Shown here: one piece after another, positions 47,150 through 64,000 of the stretch
Position numbering within the stretch: the first letter of the stretch is position 1
Layout of the letters: every line of letters begins with the position of its first letter
Assembly (NCBI RefSeq): GCF_002113885.1
Contig: NW_018407609.1
Coordinates: 1,929 to 65,928 of the forward strand
Direction of reading: 5' to 3'
DNA from: Mizuhopecten yessoensis
Lineage: Eukaryota
Length of the DNA: 64,000 nucleotides
Position numbers and translations under genes: made by a program
The notes under the pieces: generated by a model
Seen by the model: only the letters and a program-made list of their open reading frames with translations
What the model was told of the DNA's origin: nothing
Database searches by the model: none

Positions 47150-50100
47150 TGGAATATGATTGTTTTCATCCTCTGTACATTGTCCATGATTTGTTTAAAA
47201 AATGTTTTGTATACTGATGGGCCAATGGCCCAAAGTTTGAATAAAACTTGAAACTTGACAAACCGCAAAAAAGGGGACTAAGCAGGAACAGAAAAAAGAA
47301 ATTTATAAGCTGAAACAAGCAGATTGCAGTGAAGATCGAGACACACAAAATATTTAGGCAATAACGTTTTTATTAAAGCAAGCCTTCTGTTACTTTAATA
47401 TCGGCGATATATATATTTAAATCTACAAATATTTTTACAGTAATTTCCATATACATTTTTTGCTTCACTTTATCCATTAATATTAACTTGTTTAATGAAT
47501 CAAACATCATTTAGCATCTTTGATCAAAATCAAAGACTTTTCTTTCTGAGAATATGTGATTATATATGAACGTGAAAACGTGAAACTTACCTCGACTTTG
47601 TTTTGGTCAATATCACTTACTCAGGTCCATAAAACCATATATTCACCACAACAAAAGTCCATAAATGATAAGTATTATAACTGATTATTGATGTTTCAAA
47701 TTATGTTGCCATACGTCTTTCTTTTATTTGATTTATTTTTAGTTTCAGGTTAAAATCCATGTAGTAGCATCAACAACACAATGAATGAGTATAAAATCAA
47801 AATAAGCTTTATTATCATTATAAACTTTCAATCAGAGGCTAAATGATTTGACAATACAAATGTAAAATTAAAATTAAAACATAAGTGTCAGTAAACAAGG
47901 ACATAGAGATGTGTAAACAGAGACAGACTTAAAAGAGTTAAACAGCAAAATATTAGCCCAGTGCTAAAAGTATGGTTAGTTTATAGACGACTTAACATAA
48001 AAGTTTCCTCTCACACATACATGTACATATATAGGGATTGCTAATGACCATCTGCATAAAAAAACAAATACATACACAAATATTTTTTTAACGACTCCCT
48101 ACCACTGCCAAATACTCACAAATCTCTATAATTCCTTTTCATAGAATGACTATAGCTTGGTTAAATCAGTTCATAAAAGAAAACCCTTCTGTCACTCTTA
48201 CCAACATATTGTACATGGCCAACAGTAGTAGTACTCTGTACAGTCACACTACTATCATATCATAAACAAGTTAAGGAGAGGTGATTATGTATGCTCAAAT
48301 GTATTGGCTATAGCTGGATAGGAATACTTAAATGTATTGTTCATAAACAACTGAGGCGGCTAGTTGTTAAAACAAATATATCTTAAGAACAGTTTAGCAG
48401 AATCATACAAACAAATTGTATATCAGGAAACATAAGTGATTTCATTAAATAAGAAGCAAGAAAATGTTATTGAACTGTATATCTAAATAACTGATTAAAT
48501 GCAATGAATTTATCAAAGGAAATGTTGAACAACATACTGCATACAATTACCCCCCCCACACACACACACACAAACATGTACATGCACAATATATTGTATG
48601 ACATACACATATACAATCATAAATGACAAATACTGCTCAACTGAGCTGAGGAAATTAAATAAATGAAACATTAAGAAAATAAAGTAAGCCTTTAATACAA
48701 ATGATGTAAAATTAAACAAGTATATTTCAAAACATGGATGATTCTGTGATAAATAAATCGATTCTTGATCTTTTCAAGTATGAGTTTTGAGTTTCCTAAA
48801 AAACATGAAAGTATCTTTCATCAAATATTTTACATAAACGAATACATGAAATATATATTTTGTAAATATAAGTTTTTGAATGTTATTTCATTTTTGAAAC
48901 ATTGCCAGTCAATATAAATCAAATGTGACTTTAATATAATTCTAGGACCTTTGGTCGCTTGGTAAAAAATCTGTAGAATGTAGCACAAGATATGGTAATC
49001 AAACTTTAAATGCAATAAAACAAAAGTGTACAGCAATGTTAGAGATACTGTGAAATAATTTTGTTGTGGTTGTTGGTGATTTCATTTCATTGATTTCGCA
49101 GATACTCGTCCTCGAAAAATGATGGTTTGTGTGTACAGCTGTAGGTCAACTAGCTGGGGCAAAAATAGGTATGATTACGATGTCATTTCAAATTATCCTG
49201 TTTCAACAGTACTGTAGGAGTGATAATGCTTATATTTTAGTGAGAATGATGGCTTAAATGTTATAAATTAAGGTCAATCTAACTTAGAAATCATATCTCT
49301 GGTCAAACTGGCAATAAATGAGACCGACACCATCGTATAAGGGGAGACAATCCTCAAACACTATTTCAATGCGACTCATAGTAAGTAGCTTCTACCCACA
49401 GCTATATAGTCAGGTCAAGATTATATATTCACAAGATAATGCTTTATTTAGAGGCAGGGATACTTTAATACTTTCTTAACGTTGATGTATACATAAATAA
49501 TGACTACTGTGACTCCTAAGACTAGAAAAGATTACAAAAATAATATCACACTTCAGACTACGACAGAATAAATACAGATAAAATATACTCTCTAGTGATG
49601 TGTGCCCCATAACTGTATATACAACATTTATTAAAATACACACCATCACTTCATTTACAACTTGTAAGTTAAAACAATGAATATCTGCTCATCTATAATA
49701 AAACATTCTAAAATTCATTAAAAGGTTACAACTACTGTATCTTCCTGGTGAATGCCAATATTATGAAGAACGCAACAAGAACTGGATTCTAATTTGAATA
49801 AAATAACTAACAGAACGAGCCAAACCAGCAGTAACGTATATACAGCAGTGATTGTGCGTGTTTATGATTGTTGCAAAAATATTAAAATTATCTGAAGAAT
49901 GATGCATGCTATTTCATATCGTCCAGTCGTCTCTCTAGGTTTGGACAAACCAACTCTGTTGGGGATTGAAACATTAAGAATTAATAGTCTGGTGTTATAC
50001 AATAAAAACTCCTACTGAACTGCAAAAATCTACAAATAAAAGACTAAGTAACATTGTTTGCTAAAGTACCTTGAACTATTATTGCTTGATGAAATATGTT

Positions 50101-52680
50101 TTATGACACAAAGAGATTCATACAACCAACTATAAATTAAACATAAAACAAAGACCTTTCATATACAACTACATAGTTGCAACATAAACAGAACTTTTCA
50201 TGTTCCCGCGACTAAATCCTAAATTCTCTGATTCTAATATATACTTTTTTATACCAAATACATGGATGCCTGTCATTTTATAAAGAAAGTATTTCCAAGA
50301 TTTTCCCAAGTCATTTACTGAAAATTTGAAAGTTTCCCTGTCCAGTTAATATATCTGTGAAATGTAATCACCCCTCTCCTTTAGAACCTGAATAAAGTTT
50401 GCCTGACTGTTTGAAATGCTGTATGATATTATACGCAACAATGGTTTAAATAAAATCAAAATAACACGACCAGTCTTCATGTTCATGTTAAGGATCCTCA
50501 CCGCCAAAGATTGTAACCTTGCAGTGGAAACTGACTTCTCCAGCAAGACTATAGCTTTGATAAATAATTTTAAATGATATTAAATTTTGAGAAATATAAG
50601 AATTAAAGACACATTTTTTATATAAATAGTTTTTGTAATCAGATCTCAATATCTAGCTGATTTACACTGGAAACAATTTGATACATACAGTTAATTTCAA
50701 TTCAGAATGTAGATTTTAAAATATGTTAATCAAGACACTTCTTACAAATGACGAGATTATCACAGCTCAGCATTACAGGTACCATTATTTAGGGGTTTTT
50801 CCAGAGACAAATGAATGATTACAGCAATATTAAAATATTAAAATAATGGCAACGGATAAAAACATACATTCTAACCAATACTGCATTACACAGGTGCTTG
50901 AATTACTGGTCCTTTCCCCTATACAAAAAATCTTGGACATGAGCAAGTCTGTAAGTATGTATATAGCAGTGAATTCCTCTTATGTACCAGTACATTTTCA
51001 ATTGAAAATCACATATAATAAGAAAAAGGTGACAGAAAAATGTATTACTGTGAATTAACTACTTATAATGTATTAGCTAGGTACATGTACAAAAAAGAGA
51101 TTTTATTAGCTACAAATTTATCCCACTTTTTATAGGACATAATTAAAAGCTGTTTTGACTATTTTTTATGGCTGCCACCAAGCCCAGGTGTGAATACAAC
51201 CTTCTCCTGACTATAACGAGAGTAGTCGACATCGTTTTCATTTGAATACACTGTATGTATGGGAATGTTTTACATGTGGTTTGTTGTACAAATGGAACAG
51301 ATGATCATGATGTCACGAGTTTAGCTCAATCACATAATATTAAACAAATAACATTACATATCATATACGGAGAAAGGTCATATTTCATGATTATTAATGA
51401 AAAGGCAAAGGTTCAAGTGGAATCCAGTGAAGGCAGATAGACTTGCTCAAGTCAGAGGGGGCGTAGTGAAGGAGTTGTTATCAGAATAAAATATGCAAAC
51501 TGTATATATATTGACTAATGGAACAATCAATGACTAATTAATTCACTAATCTCATTCACTTTACCTATACAATCATATAACAAAAAGGGCCAAGTTTCAA
51601 TTCTCTGACTATTTCACATCTAGAATTTTCTTCATGTAGGTATATACATTGTACCTTCCAAATCTCACAATTTCAGGAGTCTTCGTGTTTTGACCCTCAA
51701 TTCTGATTTTTGTAACAAGCAAAATTCAAACACATCTTCCTTTTTGCTTGAATTCAATTAAATTATTACAGAAAACTGCTTACCGTAAACTAAGGTACCA
51801 GTTAACGTACAGGTTTTGGTTGGAAAACATGACCAGTGAAGTAATCATTTATGGGAATAGGGTTCACTCAGGAAAATGCCTGCCGAATAAATGACAAAAA
51901 AGTTTGTACTGACTAAATCTATCACAGTTTTAATGCTATGGTTTGTTTTACTGGACATTAACTTATTTTGGGAAATGGTTTCTTAGTCCAAAGGAAGAAA
52001 ATAGAGAATATTAAAATTCTGATGTCAAAATGTTTTATCATAATTACTATACTAAGTTTGATTTTTTATAACCAAAAAAATGGAAGATATTTTAAAGGGA
52101 ACATTAATGGATTTTTTTGTTTGCTAATTGGCAATATCGACAAATTGGAAAAAATGGAGCTTAATATTGATTGGTAATAATTGATGGGCAGATTTATGTT
52201 CAAAAGACTATTGACTGTTGGACAGAGGACAAAAAGGATCCTTACTGTGCCTGGTCCTAGTACTAACCTCTGGAGAGGAGGAAAGGTAATAGTGTGGGTA
52301 GTTCAATTCATCAGAACTGTATCACAGTTGTAGCAGTACCAGGATACAATGCATCTTAAAGGTACATCATAATAAAAAGAATTTGTATGTAATGCAATGA
52401 AGCTACAATATAAATGAGAATTGAATATAAATAAACTAATAAATGATCAAGGTGTTCATCATGGCAAATAATTAATTAATAATAACAAAACATAAGGACT
52501 GCTGACTTGTTCAACAACAAACCTATTTCTCCATAACACTATGTAAAATTTAAGTTCATACATCGTCATGTATGCATAAATGTCTGACTTATTTCTTCGC
52601 TTGTTTGAGTAGTAAAACTTTCGGAGTTAAATAAGGAGTCAACGCTGATCAGCAAATGAATAATACTACGTCATGTTTTA

Positions 52681-53190
52681 TGTACAGGTCAGGTGTACGG
52701 TATTACTGTGTACAGGTCAGGTGTACGGTAATACCGTACACCTGACCTGTACCCAGAAATTCCGTACCCCTGACCTGTACACAGTAATACCGGACACCTG
52801 ACCTGTACACAGTAATACCGGACACCTGACCTGTACACAGTAATACGGGACACCTGACCTGTACACAGTAATACAGTACACCTGACCTGTACACAGTAAT
52901 CCGGTACACCTGACCTGTACACAGTAATCCGGTACACCTGACCTGTACACAGAAATACCGTACACCTGACCTGTACCCAGAAATTCCGTACCCCTGACCT
53001 GTACACAGTAATACCGGACACCTGACCTGTACATAGTAATACCGTACACCTGACCTGTATACAGTAATACCGTACACCTTACCTGTACACAGTAATACCG
53101 TACCCCTGCCCTGTACACAGTAATACCGTACAGGTCAGGTGTACGGTATTTCTGTGTACAGGTCAGGTGTACGGTATTACTGTGTACAGG
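52681..53190. repeat. 28-bp minisatellite with an inverted central block
   Basis: Unit CACCTGACCTGTACACAGTAATACCGTA at 52729-53130. It is flanked on both sides by ~2 units in the opposite orientation. Confidence 0.9.
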
Positions 53191-53452
53191 TATAATATTT
53201 GTATGAAAATCCTGAACCCAGAATGTTCTATATACTGTACACAGATGCACAAATCCTGACCCAAGGATGTTAATTGGAAGTATGCAGATAATTCCAGGAT
53301 ACGTATGTATATGCAAGTATACAAATCCTACTGCAGATGTGTATGTGCAAATATGAAAGTCATGACCCTAAAATGTGTATATGCATGCAAGCATACAACT
53401 AATATGGCAAGCTTTTCATAAGCAAGTATGAATGTCATTACTCCAGGAGTTT

Positions 53453-55803
53453 TTATATGCGAGTATACAGAGTCTGACCCCCTGTTGCTTCTTCTCCATC
53501 CTCTCTGAGACAGTCACCAATGAACATCCAGCATTTGTTAGCATACGTCTCTGGGTTCTCCCTGAGGATTGATACATGCTTTGGTGTCTCCCAGCACTCA
53601 GACTGGATGTGTAGCTTGAGCTTGTCCCTTCTGTATGTGACTATCTCCTCAACATCTGTGTGTGGAATGATCTTGTCAGCACGGGAGTACAAGTACAACT
53701 GAGGCCATCGCGCCTTGTCCTCCTTTATAAACTCAAATACGGAATAGGGGCTAATGGTGATGCCACTGGATCTATTGAATAGTCTTGACAAAAACAGATA
53801 GATCCTCAAGAAGAATAAATATGTCACCATGCCTACAAAGTAGGCAATTTTCATGAAACCTGAATTGCCAGTAGAGATTGCAAAGGCTTGGGCGGCTCTG
53901 AAAATTCTGCGTTTTCCTGGTGCACTGTCGACAATAGATCCCTTCACTTTCAACTTTGAGTATTTCCTGCCCTCTACGGAGTGTAAAATTCTGGAGATTT
54001 CTGAGTAGACAAAAGCGCCATTGTTGCTGAAGATATGAAAGAAGACAGGACTCTCCTCCAAGTTAAAGTCACTGATCAAATCCAGTACTCTAATCCCTAT
54101 TCCGTGGAGGAGATGAGGCTTGAAGAAGGTGATTTCTTGAGGTGGAATGTAACGGATAGTTATACACCTGAATAGAAAATAAAAAATACACATAACTTTA
54201 ATTTTAAAATTTGCTTACTGAATAGTTATCTTAAAATATCAAGATCTACACTTTTAAGCATCAGTATTTATTTCTAAAAGATGCATTATTCTGATTTTCT
54301 TACTGTAACCTGCAAGTACTGCACACACAAATGACATAAATAAAGTTCATATTAGATAAAGATTTTTGTTTTTTGTTGGAAAACTGGGCAATAGCTTACA
54401 TAAATTTATACCTTCCATTAGAATTCATATTATATAAGAATATTATAGATACACATATTTTTCCATTGTATGTATTGTGTAAATCCCACATAAAAAAAGT
54501 CTTGACTAATGAAAATGGGCAATCCACACAAAAATATATCATAATTCCAATTCATCTACAGTTATTTTCCTATAAAAGGAGGAGTATCATAGATGAACAA
54601 GAATTTTCAACTACTATCACAACATTTCACTTATATGCAAGAATTTCTTCAGGCAAATCCTTAACTTTTTTTTCTATTTTTAATTTCCCATTAATAAGAG
54701 ATACAATGGGTTCTCAGAAAGTAGGCGAATATCACAAGGAAAGCATAAGTCATGGACTCAAAATGACAAACATCCGAGTCCCATAATCACTGTGCATGTA
54801 GAGCCTGTAGGCTATATCACTAGGCCTACTACTGTTTTGAAATATTAATTGATTTACATAACATGATGCTTCATCATTGTTCCATATTATTTGACAAGCT
54901 ATGACACATATGATGGACATATATGATTCTATGTTTTAGATTATTGAATATTTTACTGTATGTTTCACATTCAAATAAAAGAAAAGCATTATGTGTACTT
55001 TTAAACTGACCATCATGTTTTAATGGAATAGCAGTTTATTTTATGAATAATGTCCACAAATTAATGTATCAAATAATGTATATTAGACACCAATATTCGA
55101 TTTTAAAATTGCATTTTAGTTTCTTTTAAAGGACCCCAATGGAAATAAGCTTTCAGCTTTTTGGGTTATCCTAGGTAAAAATTCTAATCTTTTGATCACA
55201 ATGTTCATGTTGTTATTTTAAGGTACAAGTTTAATGTAATGTACTCTGTGATATTTATGTATTGTAATATGCCTATTTTATCTGATTAAATATTATTATT
55301 ATAAATATTTTACAACTATATGAATCGATGACATCATGTGTGTAGGGGTGCGGTGTATAGTATTGTAGAGCACTCTACATGTAATGATGTATATAAGTTA
55401 TACATTATTTTACACCATAAATGTTTTCATTTCTTTGTTCCTTGTTAGCATCTGCCTTCTGTGACATACTGGTAGCCTTACAGCATTAACTTGCATGACT
55501 ACTTTGTGCAACAGCGCTGCACACGAACATACTTAAGATGCATACTTAAAGTCTAACGGGCAAGGTCAGCGGAAGACAAAGTACACACCTATTTTGCTCG
55601 TATATTTTGCTGTACTTTGCAAGATACTGGTCCTTGCAACCTGCCCAGCCGATAAGAATGACAACAGGTTCAACGTTCTCCCCGGTCACATTAACGAAAT
55701 CGTGCAACAAGTCCGCATCGTCATCATCGAAAACATCTCCTGAAGTCGGGGTAGGAAATGTTATGTGGTAGTCAAGTTCTAAATCGTCCTCACTTTTCTC
55801 CAT
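53453..55803 (-). CDS. TMEM53: Transmembrane protein 53 (DUF829 family), 2 exons, 309 aa
   Basis: Exons 55589-55803 and 53453-54167 join in frame. Motifs [52 protein letters not shown] and HVS. Confidence 0.93.
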
Positions 55804-55945
55804 GTTGGATTTGTATATAACCGGAAATGATAACGCGTAATTTGATTCGCGGAGACACGTTATTCTTGACCAATGAGAAATGATGTTACAAAATCAAGAA
55901 ACCAATATGGCCGTGTAGCAACAAATATCAACAACGTTGAGGTGA
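55804..55945. promoter_or_regulatory. Compact bidirectional promoter between TMEM53 and ARMH1
   Basis: The start codons are 370 bp apart and divergent. Elements: ETS-like ACCGGAAAT (55820), two CCAAT boxes 32 bp apart (55870, 55902), and an RFX-like half site GTAGCAAC (~55915). Confidence 0.6.
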
Positions 55946-56112
55946 AAATTTCAATAATACGAGAATTTCATGTTCAAAATGAGGATTTACATGTTTTCAG
56001 AGATGTAAACTTTTAGATACCACCTGAGATTTTGAGTAGTGTTACAGGACGTTACAAAACACACAAAAGGATACAATAATTTGAGTTACCGCATTACAGA
56101 AGTTCCAACTGA

Positions 56113-62143
<6,031 letters not shown>

Positions 62144-62166
<23 letters not shown>

Positions 62167-64000
62167 GTAGGTGTTACTACACACATCTCTACATTTACTG
62201 TGATATACTGTACACTCCGACAGTCTAGGATGTCACTGGAGGTAGGTGTAACTACACACATCTCTACATTTACTGTGATATACTGTACACTCCGACAGTC
62301 TAGGATGTCACTGGAGGTAGGTGTTACTACACACATCTCTACATTTACTGTGATATACTGTACACTCCGACAGTCTAGGATGTCACTGGAGGTATGTGTA
62401 ACTACACACATCTCTACATTTACTGTGATATACTGTACACTCCGACAGTCTAGCATGTCACTGGAGGTAGGTGTTACTACACACATCTCTACATTTACTG
62501 TGATATACTGTACACTCCGACAGTCTAGCATGTCACTGGAGGTAGGTGTTACTACACACATCTCTACATTTACTGTGATATACTGTACACTCCGACAGTC
62601 TAGCATGTCACTGGAGGTAGGTGTTACTACACACATCTCTACATTTACTGTGATATACTGTACACTCCGACAGTCTAGCATGTCACTGGAGGTAGGTGTT
62701 ACTACACACATCTCTACATTTACTGTGATATACTGTACACTCCGACAGTCTAGCATGTCACTGGAGGTAGGTGTTACTACACACATCTCTACATTTACTG
62801 TGATATACTGTACACTCCGACAGTCTAGCATGTCACTGGAGGTAGGTGTTACTACACACATCTCTACATTTACTGTGATATACTGTACACTCCGACAGTC
62901 TAGCATGTCACTGGAGGTAGGTGTTACTACACACATCTCTACATTTACTGTGATATACTGTACACTCCGACAGTCTAGCATGTCACTGGAGGTAGGTGTT
63001 ACTACACACATCTCTACATTTACTGTGATATACTGTACACTCCGACAGTCTAGCATGTCACTGGAGGTAGGTGTTACTACACACATCTCTACATTTACTG
63101 TGATATACTGTACACTCCGACAGTCTAGCATGTCACTGGAGGTAGGTGTTACTACACACATCTCTACATTTACTGTGATATACTGTACACTCCGACAGTC
63201 TAGCATGTCACTGGAGGTAGGTGTTACTACACACATCTCTACATTTACTGTGATATACTGTACACTCCGACAGTCTAGCATGTCACTGGAGGTAGGTGTT
63301 ACTACACACATCTCTACATTTACTGTGATATACTGTACACTCCGACAGTCTAGCATGTCACTGGAGGTAGGTGTTACTACACACATCTCTACATTTACTG
63401 TGATATACTGTACACTCCGACAGTCTAGCATGTCACTGGAGGTAGGTGTTACTACACACATCTCTACATTTACTGTGATATACTGTACACTCCGACAGTC
63501 TAGCATGTCACTGGAGGTAGGTGTTACTACACACATCTCTACATTTACTGTGATATACTGTACACTCCGACAGTCTAGCATGTCACTGGAGGTAGGTGTT
63601 ACTACACACATCTCTACATTTACTGTGATATACTGTACACTCCGACAGTCTAGCATGTCACTGGAGGTAGGTGTTACTACACACATCTCTACATTTACTG
63701 TGATATACTGTACACTCCGACAGTCTAGCATGTCACTGGAGGTAGGTGTTACTACACACATCTCTACATTTACTGTGATATACTGTACACTCCGACAGTC
63801 TAGCATGTCACTGGAGGTAGGTGTTACTACACACATCTCTACATTTACTGTGATATACTGTACACTCCGACAGTCTAGCATGTCACTGGAGGTAGGTGTT
63901 ACTACACACATCTCTACATTTACTGTGATATACTGTACACTCCGACAGTCTAGCATGTCACTGGAGGTAGGTGTTACTACACACATCTCTACATTTACTG
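62144..64000 (+). repeat. 75-bp tandem array (>=25 units) made of the last 23 nt of an ARMH1 exon, its donor and 52 nt of intron
   Basis: Unit GACAGTCTAGCATGTCACTGGAG|GTAGGTGTTACTACACACATCTCTACATTTACTGTGATATACTGTACACTCC. Donors at 62167+75n up to 63967. Confidence 0.95.

Larger units (their letters stand above)
43063..47258 (+). mobile_element. Non-LTR retrotransposon (CR1/Crack/L2-like group), 5'-truncated in ORF1, ORF2 intact
   Basis: ORF1 remnant, then a 1152-aa ORF2, then a short 3' UTR with stem-loop GGGCCAATGGCCC, AATAAA and an AAACTTG x2 tail. Confidence 0.93.

Noticed and set aside
52689-53316. Three overlapping Cys/Tyr/Val-rich ORFs
   Set aside because: They are products of the 28-bp minisatellite.

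Overview
AT-rich eukaryotic genomic DNA, probably from a bivalve mollusc judging by its repeat families. It is spliced and has no prokaryotic features. From left to right: (1) SPO11 on the minus strand, with 12 coding exons reconstructed in frame (4977-16290; the last exon lies off the left edge). It carries an AT-AC minor intron, a 112-bp higher-order satellite in intron 12, and a 45-copy 54-bp array built from the end of exon 2 plus its splice donor. (2) Head-to-head with SPO11, a spliced plus-strand gene missed by the ORF track (33035-38143, 247 aa): signal peptide, acidic BRICHOS-like prodomain, RRKR cleavage site, and a 50-aa, 10-Cys, +13 C-terminal peptide. This is the architecture of BRICHOS antimicrobial-peptide precursors. 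(3) A tandem duplication of about 8.5-10 kb spanning the divergent promoter region, giving SPO11 a second exon 1 and the BRICHOS gene a second promoter plus exons 1-3, interleaved. (4) A Helentron/HINE-like element abutting a LINE with an intact ORF2, which is separated from ORF1 by a single in-frame TAG. (5) The TMEM53 (-) / ARMH1 (+) head-to-head pair. ARMH1 has a GT-AG minor intron and a second donor-containing tandem array (75 bp, stop-free in frame) that runs off the right edge. Coordinates and translations were derived by hand; no searches were run.
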